Shown here one piece after another: positions 21,779 through 36,700 of a stretch of 64,000 bases of DNA. The stretch comes from Hyphochytrium catenoides (lineage: Eukaryota > Protista > Hyphochytriomycota): positions 1 through 64,000 of the forward strand of contig FLMG01002209.1 in NCBI GenBank assembly GCA_900088475.1, read 5' to 3'. Numbering within the stretch: the first letter of the stretch is position 1; each line of letters starts with the position of its first letter. Under the pieces are notes generated by a model. That model was not told the DNA's origin, did no database searches, and was given only the letters and a program-made list of their open reading frames with translations. The translations under genes were made by a program, and so were the position numbers.

Positions 21779-24714
21779 GAAGGCTCGACAAGGCCCGACT
21801 ATTTATTCTTCTTCATTTATTACGGCGGAGGTATCCTATCCCTGCAATAGCGAAAGCTAGTCAACGGAGCAACGGCTCAGCATTGGTTCTCAATATATCA
21901 ACTTTGACTGTTCACAGTCCATTCTTCGTACGCAAGAAGACATCCTCCGGCGTTCTGAATATCGTCACTGACCCGGCATAATGGTTAAGTACCTGAAGGC
22001 GGATCACCACATCACTGGCCGCAGCACTTTCTCTTGAGAGGTGATGGACAGCGTTGGTCACTTCCTAACCCCAGTCCGGGACGGACTCCTTTGAACCCTG
22101 ACCAACCAAACCACCTTTGCTTACCCTTGAGCCCCTGGCTGTCCGATATGCTTATCTGTTTCTCTCCATTATTATTCTTACATGTGACGGATGGCCTTTG
22201 CTACTTGGATTTTTGTTAAACTGTGCGGATGCGTAGCTGTTGGTCAGCTTCCTAGCCTCAGAGCTTCCCTGGGCTGGTGGTGGGAACGGCCTTCGGGACA
22301 GAACGCATTCTTCCAGTACCGTACTCTCAGTGTGGCTACCATATAAAGCGCAAGACTTTCGAACCTTCTTGGTAGTACCGTCCTTCAGCAGATCTTCCTG
22401 TGGGATGGGACGGCTGCTGGTGGTGAGCTGCTGCTGCGACTGTCAGAAAAAGACTGGGCATTATTCGTTCGAGTTAGTACTCTTAGACTCGTTTAGTAGA
22501 GAGGTTGCTTTCTTCCCCAGCCGGGCGATGAGACTGCACTTCTATCTTCTGCTGTGGACGGTTGATCCCCATCCTCCCGCTTCTCCCTTTCATACACCTC
22601 TATACTTTCAATCCTCTACTCGCCTCTGAGCGCCCCAGAAGTTCTTCTGCATTCTCAACGAGAAAGCTTTGGATGTAGATATTTTTTTATAGAATATCAA
22701 GTGCAGCGATTGTACTGAAGATGTAGAAAGTCTCGAGTTGCCAAAAACTGCGCAGAGGAAGATGGATCGACGATCTTTGCCGTGACATATTCCCCGCGCG
22801 TTGATGATGATCCTTGGGAGCATCCTCCGTCTGTACTCCACCGCCTTTCCGTCCATCAGGGATAATAAACGGCGTGTTACAGGCCACTCTTGTAGTTAAT
22901 GACGTGAAGCGAGCAACATTACCTCGTTGCAGCAAATATTTTGGAGAAGAGTCAGAGAAGAGATAATGCGCGCCATGATGTCCAGGAGTGATCAACATGA
23001 CAAACATAAGAATAACCTTTTTAAAGGCTAAACATAGCGGGACCATTGAATTTTGAGAAAGTGTTTCCCTTCATTGATTGATGGTGAACGTGGCTACGGG
23101 GCCCGTTAGTCACCATAGTATATCAGCTATTCCCGGCTCGAGCAGCAGGTAGGAGCTGTGAGGGATTGCGACGACGGCGGAACGCCAAATCACTGCTGTT
23201 CTGCGGGGGAGAACTGCTGACATTGGGAGGTAGAGGTTACGGTTACCCTCGTTCCTTTAGCCGGCACTAGCTCCTTCTTATCGAGTTTATTAGCGAGTGC
23301 GCCATCCTCCATCTCTCCTATCTTACCTGCTGCAGGCGGTTGACTTGAGTCAAGGCAGGCGGATGATGATGGAGAAGAAGTTTCTGACCGACCGAAAGGG
23401 AAGGGCTCGCAGACGGTCCTTAGGCGTTTCCACCATGTAAAGAAGCGAGTTGTTCTTTTCCCTCCTTCACTTGGAGGTCTGGGAATGATGGTTGCTTCGC
23501 TTTCTTCTATGTCTTCCTAATGCACTAGTACACTTACTGATCATGGCCACAACCCGCCTTCCTCCTTTTATCCTGTGGCCATGTCCTTGTCCGCCGTCTT
23601 TCTCATGGCTTTGGCTGTTTCTCTGTGGAGGTTCGCATGACCAACGCACCAGACCAGGGAGGCAAAACTGCAAAGGTGGCAAAAAGGCGTTGTTGTTGTT
23701 CCACGTAGTGCGTAACAGCTGTGTTTGACCTGTATACTGTATACAGTGACCTGTTATTAGGTATAAGGCCAAACGGAGGATAGTTATCAAGAATATGACT
23801 CTCCACCCTTTGGTGGCTGTACAGGAGGAGGTAGTGGGCCTGTTATTGCGGAACAAAGCTGACAGAGATCCAGACGGCCAGACTTTTTGCCTAGAACAAT
23901 CCTCTTACACAACTCTTCCTTCAAGCACAACAACTTCTCAAAAGCAGTGTGCCTTTTGTCTGTACTTACATTATTGCCTTCCCTGCCAAACTCAACATCC
24001 GAAAGATGCCCAAACTCACACAGCCATTAAACTCACACAGTCGGTTGTGTAGCGAAGGGGGGGCGAGAGCTCCAGTGCCCCTGACATGACACCACCTCTC
24101 TGTCTCTCTCTCTCTCTCCCTTTTTTGCCCTTTCCCCAGTCAAATCAGTGAGTTTGGCTCAGAGAGGCTAAGATCCGCGGTAGATTTGAAAAGTGGGGGC
24201 TTGCCCGCGAACCATCCCCTGTTTAGACAATGGGCAACGGTGCCTATGCCTACCTGTACCAGGAGGAGCCATTAATGAGAGCCCAGGGGACAGCACGTTG
24301 AAGAGCAGCTCAAGCCTATTCCTTTCTGTCGGTTGGCACTCAGCTGACGGGAAGCTGCGAAGCCTTCGGGGTCACACGGCTGGCTTCGGCTCTCCCGCTA
24401 TCGCTTATATAAGCCTGTGGTGGTAGAGGCCTCATAGCCAGGCCAGGCCAGGGTAAGAAGGAGGAGCTCAGGCAAGGAAGGTTCATTCGAGGCCTGTTCT
24501 CTCCTCCTTGCATCAAGCGCACAAGAATCTCGTCTCACTTGCATCAGGGCAAGTAGTGGTGCAGCTCTGGCATCCAGAACGCAGATTCTCTGGGGCTAGG
24601 CCTAAAGCCTTCATGAGGTGCTGATTATTTATGCGCAATGAAGTGAGAAAACGTGGCCGCAGTGAGACGAATTGGGAGTCACTGGCCTTGTAAGACGTAG
24701 GTAGGAGCTGCAGC

Positions 24715-27700
24715 ATGGTGAGAAGGAGCCACAGGGCTCGCTCAGAGCCCAATCGCTGGCAGAATGAAAGCGTACAGGAGGAGAGGAGAGAAGAACAAGT
24801 GCAGACTCTCCGTGAACCGAAGGAGAAAGACCGTCGGACGCTCTCCAAGGCTAAGGTCGCCACTGGTGATAGTGGGACTGAGAGTGAGGACTTAACCGTG
24901 CTAGAGACGCCTAGAAAGAGCAGAGACACACCGAAAGAGAGGGGCGAGGATAGAGCTACTGGCCGAAGCATAGGAAGAAGAGGACGAGGGAGAAATGTTC
25001 GTGAAGTTGATGAAGCCCCGTTGGCTACAGAGCTGTCGCCTAGGCCTTCTCGAAAAACACGTACACCTCCTCCCACTATCAGCAAGAAGCAAAAAGGAGA
25101 AAGTTCGCCGGCACAGTCTCTCCAACCTGATGCGTCAAAAATCAAGGCAGGGAAGAAGCGGAAGCGATCCGCAATCACTTCCGGCGGCTTTGACGGCGAG
25201 CCATTAAGAGTTAGGCTAAGAAAAACTGGGCCAGGTCTTTATGTTCCGCTCCCGCCATCTCAAGGCGGGCGGCTGGGACAGAGAGGGTACGAGGACAATG
25301 AGAGCGGAGAGGAAGGTAAAAAAACATCAGGCAAGAAGAAGAAGGCTCTTGCAAGCAAAGGAGACCAAGAAAAAGAGAGTGCGTCACCTCCCAAGCTCAG
25401 CCGGAAGCAGAAGCTGAAAGAACAGAAAATACGCAAAAAGCGCCAGAGGATTGCGCTGAAAAAGCTTGCTGACAGAGTAGAATCGGTAGGCATCCTTTGT
25501 ATAATCTCTGGCCCCCTGTTTTGCCAATGCTGCTTTTGCTCGTCATTGTTAATTGTTCGGGCTAGTACCGTGTAGGGGATCTGTCCGTGCCAACTTCGGC
25601 GGCTGCTCCCTCCTGGCAACGGAACTGGTCTCCGATTCTTGTCCGTCTGTACATATAATTGTTCTGTTCTCAACTGCCGAAGAGCCCCCCGCCTTGCATC
25701 TCTAAGCGTTTGTCCCCTTCCCTCTTTGTCTCTCCTCTTAGTGGGGCGGTGATCGTGCCACTGTCGTGGGTTGGAAAGCGCACTTTCTCGGTCGTTTGGA
25801 TTCGAAAAAGGTTTCCTACTACCTTTCGCCCGATAAGCAGCGCTTCACCTCCTCCATTGAAGTTTTGTCTTATCTTGGCCTATTGGAGGAAGCTGAAACA
25901 AAAGCGAGAGCAGCGGCTTTTGAAGGAGCTAGGAAGAGAATACGCTGGCATCTGGCCTCTTGCATTAGACAACCTTCTTGGTCTCTCACTCTCTCCTCCC
26001 AGAAGTTGATCATTAGACGTCTGGGCTATATCGTTCCTCTTCCCAACTTTCACACAGAGAAAAACTTGTTCCCGGTATGTCAATCTCCGTCGTCCATACA
26101 ACTCTAAGTTTGGTCCTGTTGGGTCCTTGTGACTGCGTGCCATCCACAGGGCTCGAAGGGTTCTTCAGCTGGAAAGGACGCGTTGCATAGCCTAGGCAGT
26201 TCGTGTTCCCGCCCCATGCTTTCTCTATTTTTGTTACTTATGTGTTCCTTATCCTGCGGATGCCCTTGTATTCGGCTCATAATGACTAAAACTATGTCCA
26301 ACCAGGTTTACTATGAGAGTGCCAGGGCAGTAAGGCTGGACGCCGATACCACTTCTCCTGAAGAGAAGATTGATGATGCAGAAGAAAGAGGACGAATTGT
26401 GCTACTTTGTTTTGGTGAGCTGATCTCAAACAGATTGACCTCTTTGTCAAATTAGTGGGTTTAACGTTATGGCGTCAGCAAGCAACAGATATTGGAATGC
26501 ATCCGCTAGCGTAATGTGTTAGAATTCGTTTCCTTCTTCGCAGTTTTAGGGTTAGGGGATCATCTTGACCTAAACAATGTTGCCTGCAGGAGTGCTCCCT
26601 GCTCCCAAGGAACCTCTCGCACCCATGTTCCGCGTGAAGATTGTAGAACGGGAGGACCAGCGTACCCTTCAGGGTAAGAGGAAAGAGGCCGCATCTTACT
26701 CTTCTCATCAAGGCGTTCGTGTCCCGTCTGTCTTTTCACCGAACGGACTCCTACTAAATCGGATGCTCTCTTTGACAGTCATCACGGCAACGACGCCCAA
26801 GGAAGCCTGGGAGAGGTCACTTCAGAGTTTGGAAAGACTAGGGAGTTTGAGAGTCGACGAAGACCTTCAAGAGGCTCCCACTGTCCTCAGTAACGAGGAA
26901 GCCGTTACGCATCCTTTCCTTCACCTACTGGGAAGACAGATGAACATAGGTCCAGCCGATGAAAAAGAAGTCCCAACTGAAACCTCAAAGTCCATCAGCT
27001 CAACTATTATGTCAGTACGGTTAGCGGCCTCGGAGGCATCTTCAGCTGAAGTGGCAGGGCAAGAGTTGGACACGAGCAAAACTGCAGACGTGGTAGAGGT
27101 GGCGCTGGCGGACTACTCTGTGCACGTTCTATCTCTGGCCGAACTTACCTCTCGTCTCATTCCGCTTTCTGCGGAGGCAGAGGAGCGAGAAATATACACA
27201 AGCTCGGCCCTTGTTTCCCTGGATATATCTCCAATCACTGTCCCTCTATCGGCTGCCCGGACTGTGTCTGATGGATTTGGCTTCAGTATCCCTTATGTCA
27301 ACTCTCTCCTCGAAGGCCTTCCAGGGGCTGCTTGGTCCCAGGCCTATGTGTTTAGAGCGATAAGGCTGAAGAAGCAGGAGGACGAAGAGAAGAAGAGAAA
27401 GAGGAAACACTCCGCATCCTCTCAGCGAGATAAAGAGGAAGAAGCACTTGAGAAAATGCTAAGAAAGGAGGAAGAACAAGCGGCCAAGGCTGCCAGAAAG
27501 AGGGCCAGAGAGGAAGAAAAAGAGTTCAGGAAGGCACAAAAGGAAGAAGAAAAGAGGAAGAAGGAAGAAGAACGTCAGGAAGAGAAACGGAAGAAGGAGG
27601 AAGAAAGGCTGGAGGAAAAAAAACGAAAAGATGAGGAGAAACAAGCGCGATTTGCAGAGAGAGAGGCACTTCGAATTGACAGGGACCGTCTCGCCCTGGA

Positions 27701-30700
27701 GAGGAGATTGATGATGGAGGAAGAACGACGGCAGAAGGAAAGAGAAAAGGAAGAGAAGTTCCGAGAGAGGAAGAGAGAAGCAATGGAGAGGAAAGTTATG
27801 GCAGATGAGGAAAAGGCGCTTCGCAAGTTCTATCGGCAAGAAGAAAGGGAAAGGACGCTACAAAGGAGAAGAGAAGAAGCAGAACAGGCTCGAAAGCAAC
27901 GAGGAATGGACAAGGTGGGTGGCTACGCCTTGAGGGCACAAAACTCATAGCTTTTCAACCTACCAGCTGACTGTCTAAGCTTTCTGTTCCCTCGGGCTTG
28001 CTCATTTCTTTGTTCATTGATACGTCGTTCGAGCTGTTGCTCTGCCCAAACGTAACTCAGATTTCTCCTTTTCCAACTGAGCAGAAGAGTCTCCGAAGCT
28101 ACAAGGCACGGTTACGGGAGGAGCACGAGATGGAAGAAGCCCGAGCGGCTGCACTGGCAAGAAGACGAGCCGAATGGGAACGACTGCTTGTCCGGGGCGT
28201 AGAAGAGTCTGTTTGGAACAGGGCGAAGTTCGAGGCGCTGCTGTTGGTTGACCCGCTGGTGGCGGCCGATAAGAGGCTGAACAAGCTCTTCCCTATCAGT
28301 GGCCCGACTACTGCCAGCACTACTCCTGCGCTCTCTCAAGAAGATAGCCATTGGGATTCTCCGGAGCCACCAAATGCTGTGCGTTGCTTCTCTTCCTGTG
28401 CCGCTGAGGACCAAGGGGAACTTCTAAGTGTTCTAGACTTCTCTCACGCTTTCTTGCCTTCGCTGGGCTTCCACCCGGCTACGGAGGTGACACTGGAGGA
28501 GGCCATTTTGCCAATCCCGCCGTCGGTAGCTTCTCCCACACTCTCTCTATCGCACCTCATCCTTTCCGATCCCTTTCCAGACGCCTGGACGAAATTCTCT
28601 CGGCTAGCGTTCTCTTTGGTCCGTGCCGTGGTTCCTGATTTGTGGAGAATCCGCCAAGGAGAGTCTGTGATGGAAGAGGGCACCGCCGAGACCGACCGTT
28701 TGCGGCCAGACTTTGAGCGGACTAAGCCAATCTCGGCCCTGTCCTGGCCGGAGCTGGCTCGGCAGTGCCTGAAAGCTGCGGTTCAGCTTGAAAAGGGGAC
28801 GCCTGCTGAAAGGATAGTCGACCTAATCTGGGGCGGAACGGGCTTCCAACCGTCACGGAGGAAAAGCATTGCGAGGAGCCAAGAAGAGGAGAAGGAACAT
28901 CCCATTGTTTTGATGCTCTACCATAAAATTCATGAGAGAGGAAAGGCTCTGGTTGAGCCAGCTGTTCAACCAGGACACATTACCGAAGAATCTGCCAAGG
29001 GAGGCAAGGTATCGGAGGTAAGCCAGCAAGAAGGCGGAAATGCGCTTCCGTCTACTATCGAACAGAGGGCCAAATCAACATCAGACACTGGCCAGTCACA
29101 TATGGAGATCGAAGGTGTGGACCTGACGCAGACGGGGAACAACAAGCGAGAATCTGTGGAAGGTAATCAGTCCGTGGAAGTAGGAGTGAGTCAAATTGTG
29201 GAAGGTGAAGTGAACAGGGCTACTCAGATCTTAGAAGATAAGGCACCCTCGGAAAGACAGCCGTCGGAAGGTGCCGGAGGAATTCTAAACATGGGGGCAA
29301 TAAGTGCCGCCAAAGAGGAGGACAATGAGTCCCAATCAGGGAAAGCTCTGCTACCACACTCGGAGCAGAAAGGCCTGTCAACCCCTGCAAAAGAGCCCGC
29401 GAAAGAGAAGACCTTCCCCACGCCGACGCTTTTGCCCTCATCCATCGCTCCAGATACCTCACAATTACCAGACGGCAAAGAGTTGAAGGAGGAAAAGGAG
29501 AAATCAAGTGACAAGGGAGATAGCGATCCACGCAAAGCACCTGGCCAGATTCAGCTGGTTCTTGACCTGATGAAAAGAATAGTTCGTGCTTTACAAGCCA
29601 AGGACTATTCTCTCCCTTTTAGAGAGCCGGTCGACTCCAATCTCTATCCAGATTATTTCCTCAAGGTAAAGAAGCCTATGGATCTCTCCTCCATCTTATC
29701 CAAGGTAGAAGATGGAGATTACCTGGAAGACGCGGAGACTGCGGTGCAAAAGGCAAAGAAAGCTTCAGAGGAAGAGAAGGATAAAGCAGGAGAGGAAGAT
29801 GCAACGCCTCAAGAACTCACAAAGCAACTCATCTCCCTCTTCCGCGGCGACATTTCACAGATATGGAAGAACTGCCGGATATATAATGACTCCTCGTCAC
29901 AGATCTGTATCCTTGCAGATAAGATGGAAGCTGTCGCCAACAGGTTGCAAAGAGAAGGTCTATCTTGCTTCCTTTCCCCTGAAGGGGAGCTTCTCAAAGA
30001 GGAGGAAGAGATCAAGCGTGAACTGGTCAATGAGGATATCTGTAGGGCTTGCAAGAGAGGAGAAAACCTCGAGAGAATGCTCCTGTGCGATCGCTGCGAC
30101 GCGTCTTTTCACACCTACTGCCTGACTCCTCCTCTGGATGACATTCCGGACGGAGACTGGTTCTGTCCTGACTGTGTGGAGGACGAATCTTTCTGGTCGA
30201 AGGAAACAGGCTTTGCGGAAGAAGAGAAAGCAGGAGAAGAAGATGAAGAAGGACGGGGAGGGGACAAAGGAGAGCTAGATGGGGTCCGTCTGCTTCGGGA
30301 GGACCAGAAGGGACGCATGATGAACGCAATCAAGCTCCTGTCTCGAGAGGATGTGACAACACTGGTGAGGAGAAGAGTACAGCTAAGAATAAGGGTGTTC
30401 GGCTTAGTCGTCAACGCCGAGATGAAATATCATTAGAGACTATAAAAGCACATGGGAGGAGCAAGGTGGAGCCTGGCTATATGACGAGCTGGGTGGCGAT
30501 GACTTTATGCTTCGCGTGTTGCTCTGACGTCAAAGTCTCACTACGATCTCTATCCCATGCCAGATCCCATCCGAGCGTGTGTATGTCCTCCGAGCCCTGT
30601 GTGACATGGTGCTCTACCTCTCGGGAGCAGCTCAGCAGTAAGTCAGACAGCATCCATATCATAATTCAACCCTACCAACCTCCTTGTCTTTCTGGTCACC

Positions 30701-33700
30701 CTTTAGCTCCATTCAAGGTTGTCCTATCTATTCTACCGTCTATGGTTTGGCCCTATTAGCTACGTTCTCTCTGACCGTACCTCCACTTGATGCTGAGTAG
30801 AAAGCTGACGCAAGCAGATGCGAGAGTTGAAGAGTTACGCTCGATGTTCCCTCATGACGGAACGAGGGAAGTGCGACGGGGATGGTATGAATTCCATGCT
30901 CCAGCGAAAAGGTCATCGGCTTTCCCCTTGCAAGGTCTCTTCCAAAACGACCCTCGGTCGCCTCCCACTGCTGAGCTTGAGAACAAAGAGAAGAATTTGA
31001 ATGGAAACACGGACGAAGAGACGGAAGCCGAAGCAGAGGGGAAAGATTCCGAGGCACAAGTGATGACCCAGGACAAATTTGATCCCGGCAGACCAGTCAT
31101 CGTTCAAAGCTTGCGTGAGCCCATGCTTCAGCCCATTCTCGGGGATGTGGAGGAGAGCAAGCCGGATAAGGGAGAAGCTGAAGGCAAGAAGGAGGGAAGT
31201 AACGCCAAGGATGAGGTGGAGAATGGTAAAGGAAGACCTGAAGCACAGCAACAGGAATACAAGACAGAGGAGCCAAATAGAACCGCTTCGGGAGAGCAGA
31301 GCTCAGTCCCTCGCAGCGGTTCAACTTCTCCATCTGTGGCAGTAGGGGAACCAGCATCAGGAGATATGAAGACGCCACAGCTCTCTAGTCTGTCTCCGGT
31401 CCGCCAGCCTCCGACAACTTCCGCTTATGACGCTTCAACGGCAGCGAAAGACCGCCCCAATGCTGCAGTCAACGCAAGTGAGCCTCCCTCCACCTTCCAC
31501 CTCCCCCCTGTCCAGGAGGGCCCAAGCAACGAAGAAGACAAGGGGGCGGACGGTTCTCATTCTTTGGCGCCTGTTCGCCCTAGCACCACAGCAATAGAGA
31601 AGAAAGAGCATAGTGCGGTATCTTTGGAGAATTCTGTAGTTGCTCCGCCGAGTCCAAATAGGCTAGCTGCAGGGCAAGGTTCAGAGAATGTCCAAGATAT
31701 TCTGCCGCCGCCTGAGCCCATGGATCTTGAAGAGGAGAAGGGCGAACTGTCACAGAGCAACCTGCAAAGAGTAGAGAAAATGGAGGTTGACGAAGCCTCT
31801 AGATCAACCTCAGAGGGACTAGCGCCGTCTCCTTCGCATGAGAATCTGGGGATGGCTCGTGAGCCACAGATAGTGACAGGGAAGATCACCCACAACTCGA
31901 GCCCGTCAAAGAGTGAAAAGACGTCTGAACGGGAACCCAACAAGACAGAACCAATGACATCAATAGAGCTTGAGAAGGCATCAGAAGAAGGAGAGAAGGG
32001 TGACGACGACATGTCTGACTCTCTTACTGAGTACTCGGTCTCTTCAATAGACGGCTACTCTGAGCTCAACTTCTCAGATGAGGAATTAGCCGAACGGGAA
32101 GAAACTGAAAGAGCAGAGGAAGAAGCAATGGAACATCTCATGAACAAGCACGTGTGTGAGCTTCTGCAACTCTTGGATGAAGAAGACAGTCTTAAGACAA
32201 GGCAGAAAGAGACGGAGGAAGGATTGTGCAAACTCTGCGGTACAGCTGCTCAGGACCTGGAATGTGGGTTTATTTTTGCGCAGATTCCGCCTTTTTTCGA
32301 GGAACTTCTCTCTTATTCCGGCCTACCTCTACCCCGGGAGATAGAAGCGCAAAGAAGAAGAGAAGAGGAGGAAGAAAGACGGAAAAAAGAGAGAGAAGAG
32401 GAGAGAGAGAAGAAGCGAAAGGCTGCTCTTGCTGCCGTTTCGTCAGCTGTCCCCGAAGATATCTTCAAACTTAGCTTAGCAGAGCTCATGCAAGAGGGAG
32501 CAGTGACCGACGAGGATCTCATTCAAGTTCGGGTGTATGAGCGGCAAGTGTCTATGATTCTGCGAGTTACTTTAGAGGGATTCATCCAAGTCAAGGACTT
32601 TGTGACGCTGGATGACGGTTCTCAGGGCCCTGTGCAACGAGATGGAAGGGTCAAACGCGGGGACGTTCTCTGGACCATAGACAACCAACTTCTTGGGCGG
32701 CCCCCTCTCTCGCTCCAAGAGACCATTACGAAGATTCGGACATCTGATAGGCCAATCCGTCTCGGATTCTGTCCTCATCCCTCTAGAGCGGAGATTGGGG
32801 AAAGAAAGAAGCAAAAGAAGGTAACTCGACCAAAAGTTGAGAAGCGAGCGGAGGAGGAGATAGCTACGCCAACGCCTGTAGCTCCTCCACCTCCCCAAAT
32901 GCCGGAGCGGGTACATTGGCTTTGCGTCAACGCCCTTATCGAGTCCCGGCGCAGCGCCCTGGCAGCCATCAAGCGCACCTTAAGAGCAGATGAGGCCGAC
33001 ATAAAACTAAGAGCCAGTCTTGTCCGCACTCTGCCACTAGGAACGGACCGCAAGGGCTCTCAGTATTTCAAGCTGTTGACTCCTGAGCACATGAACTGTC
33101 TGTACGTAAGCAGGAAAGATAGTGGCTGGTGGTGCTATAAGGGAGTCAAGCAGGTAAGCGCAGGCACAGAGCACCGAGTTCCTTATGTTGGATCCCACTC
33201 AGCGGGTCGTATAAGTCTCTCAATTCTGTCTTTTGACTAGAGGCCTGATTTCCTTCCCTGCTACATTGGAAGGGCTCTGCCTGTACCGCTTTCTACCTCA
33301 TTCAGTCTTATGTCTTGCGATTCTGACTCTCACTCCCTCATGCTTGTTTTCGCCTTACAGATTTCAAAGCTTGCAGAACAGTTAGACGGTCAAAAGTGCG
33401 TGGAGGAAGCAAGTTTAATAACGCAGGTGGCGCTGCGTTATGAGTTGCCGACTTCCCTCTCGTCTTTGCTAAGGCATCTAAAGCAAGAGGCTTTGAGAGA
33501 GAATCCACTTCCACCAGAAATTTATACTCTTCGGGCTCCCGGTCTTCCTGTCACTCCTGTTCCGCCCTCATTCAGTGCCGATACGCCAGCACCAACGCTT
33601 CAGAAGCTAGAAGAGGAAGATGAGAAGAACCTCAGGTTCCTGCTCTTTCCTCCAGGTTTCAAGCTACGGGCTCAGAAAGTTGTTGCAAAGCTAGAGGCAA

Positions 33701-36700
33701 AGAGGAAAAGCGAGGAGCTCATTCTCTCGCTTGACGCCTCTAAAAAGAGCAAGGCAGTTGCTGCTAAGGAGACGAAGCTAGATAAAAAGACGAAAGAAAA
33801 GAAGAAAGAGGAAAAGAGAAAGCAGCTCGCCCTGCAAGTAAGCAAGGGCCAACAATTGTCGCAGCCTCTCTCTCCTCAAAGTGCAGCGCAAACGCAAACC
33901 TTCCATGGCTTAGCCCGAGTGATAGGGAAGGTGTTGGCTCATTGGGACGAGTGCCAAAAGGAGGTAAGAGGACTGCACTCAGATCTTGGTTGGAGTTACC
34001 TTGTTGGCTTGCAATGACTGTCACGTTTTCCTCCTAGCTCCATGCCTGCCCTATGCCACTATGTCGCGCTCTCCTCACTCTTTTGAGTCTCTTGGTCTGT
34101 TGAATAACATCACAATCAGCTGATTTCCTGTTCTCTTTCTGCTAGCTTACATTGGCAAGAGCGTACACGCTGTCTGCCTCCTCCACGTCCTCCCTTCAGA
34201 AGATCTATCAGTTTCTTCTGGATAGAGGATCCGGATGGAGCTTGGCTCAAATGCACTCTGTCTGTTGCTGTGTGGTCGCGATCATCTATTCTACGCAGGT
34301 ACAGCGGAGATCGGTTGGTGGCTTCATCTTTCGAGTTCGGGAAGATGGACTTCCTGCCCTTACGATACCAGCTAAACCCTGCCACTCACCTCCTTTCACT
34401 TCTCCTCTTCGGTGATGTCTGCCTTGGCCGTTCCTCTCTGCGTCAGAGAAGTTAAGAGTTGCTGCTTCTGTTCGTTAAAGTACTTTATGCAAGCGTGATA
34501 TGTGCTATCAGACCGTCTCTTATGTCTAACCCTCATGTTGGTCCTTATCTCATAGGTACTGAAGGGAGTTACAGCTCCTGAGCTGTCTGGAGAGCTAGTT
34601 CAAAGACTTCGTCTGGTCTCCAGAAAGGTAGTAGCAGCTATCTTTTCCCTTATCAGACAGCCGGGCACGGCTACTGCCAAGCAGGCCAATGAATGTTGGG
34701 CCGCTTTACGCAGTCTGACCGGTAAGGTCAAAAGCGGGGATAATCTCCCAGCCACGTTGCTGTCGGCACTGAAGAAGGTGGCGGATGCACCTCGTTCTTT
34801 GTTCTTTTCCTTCCCGGTCCCGCTGCAGGATGATCCCGGAACAGTAAGACCTGTGATCGTCATTGAAGAGACTGAGGGTCAACTGGGCAAGCCATTGGTT
34901 AAACCTAGAGTTCCTAAGGTTCTGAAAACTGAGGGCGGGTTACCGGGAGAGGTGGTAGAGAAGGAAGAAAGAATGGGAGAGGGTCGAGAAGGGACAACGA
35001 CGAAGGAGGTCGTCCAAGCTCCAACTTCGCAATCCGAAATGGGCGGGACTGCGTCAACATCCTCGTCGGTCGGTGTCGGGGATGTTGGTGCCCTTGACCC
35101 TCTCCAGCCTTCAGCTGCACTGTCTACGTCCTCAAACGCTCCTTCCTCACTGCTGGACTCCTCCGGCGGCATTGATCTGCTTGCCTCAGTCACGGCTGGG
35201 GCGATGCCGGAGAGCTCTTCGATCTCTCTCCCACTAGCGGATAACTTCTCAAGCGTGCCTCTATCCTTCTCTTCCACGGGCCCTACCTCCATATCTACAT
35301 CGCTCTCATCCTCTCTCCCGGCCTCTCAATTCTCCATGGGTGTACCTCAGGTGTCCTCTAGCTTTTCGCTTGGTATCGGGTCTTCATCTGTATCACAAAC
35401 TTTAGGAGGTGGCATTGACCCCACAAACCCCTTCTCCGCTGCCTCTCAACCACTATCCTGGGCAGCCTTACAATCCCAAGGACAGCAGCAGTGGCCGGAC
35501 TGGTCCTCTGCTTCTCCGTATCTACTTCCTCCTGGCATGGCGGGATCATCTCTTCTCTCGAATCAGCTCGCTGGAGCTTCTCTCGCCTCATCTTCTATGG
35601 ATCCCTACACCTCTTCCTCACTCCTGCTCTCAGGAAGGAATGTTCTCTCTTCAGGATCCTCTCTACCAATGCTGGGTCAACCTTCGTACAATGCTTTCAA
35701 CCCGATGATGGACAACAGACTGAACCCATTCCAATCACTTCCGGATGTCTCCATGCCTGCGTCCTCCATGCCGCCCTCGTCCGGTTCTTCCGCACTTCCT
35801 TTTACGCCAAACTTGGCAGCCTCCTTGCTTGGAGACACGTCACCCTTCGCAGTTACCGATCTTCAAGTTCTAAAGGCGGCAGCCGCGGCGGCAGCAGCGA
35901 CAGGAGGTAGAGGCTTTGCTTCCCCAGGTATGGGAAGATACCCTCAGACTGGCCACCCAGCTCCTCCAGGTGCGCGTCATCCGTCCGCTGTCTCTCCACG
36001 CCCTCCCCCACCAGGCGGGGCTCGATCTGCCCCTCGTGGACCTCCTTCCTCCTCAGCCAGAGCTGCGGCAGCACCAGCTTCTCCCTTCTCCCCGTCTCCT
36101 CCCCGTTCTCCCGCGCCGACCCAAGATCCGGCTCGAGTAACAGTTCCCGTGAAGGCGGGATCTTTGGGGTTAATGTTAGAGCCTGCAGGGGATGTGGGCG
36201 CAGTTTTGACTGGATTTGTAGAAGGCGTCGAGAACTCTACCCTGATCAAGGCTGCAGGGGTTACCGTGATGAGTAAGATCATGAGCATCGCACAGAAGGA
36301 TCTCTCAAACCTGACATTGTCTGATATTGTGCGGGTCATCTCCTCTTCCGCAAAGATGCACAACCGTAAGGTGGTCTTCTTGCTTCCGCAAAACAGGAAA
36401 GAGAAGAAGGGGAAGAATGTGGCTTCATCGTCTTCTTCCTCTCGGTCCTCTGCAATTCCTCCTCGTGGTCGCACGTTGTCTGCATCTTCTCCTAAGTCCA
36501 GCGCTTCACAACTGTTAACCAACTCTTTCACTTCTCCATCAAGTACCTCTTCCCCTTCTTCCTCGCAATCGAAAAGCGTTCGTTCCGAGACTCCAGGGCA
36601 AGGCACTGTTGGCCAAAAGAAGAAGAAACTGACGGTGGATGAAGGCACGCCGAAGAAGAAGATGAAGTTGTCGGAAGGAGGAGAGAGAGATGATGGAGCG

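Noticed and set aside
26543-26558. Telomere-like TTTTAGGGTTAGGG (a similar tttagggttt lies at 5161-5170)
   Set aside because: Only one or two units within an intron or TE; expected by chance
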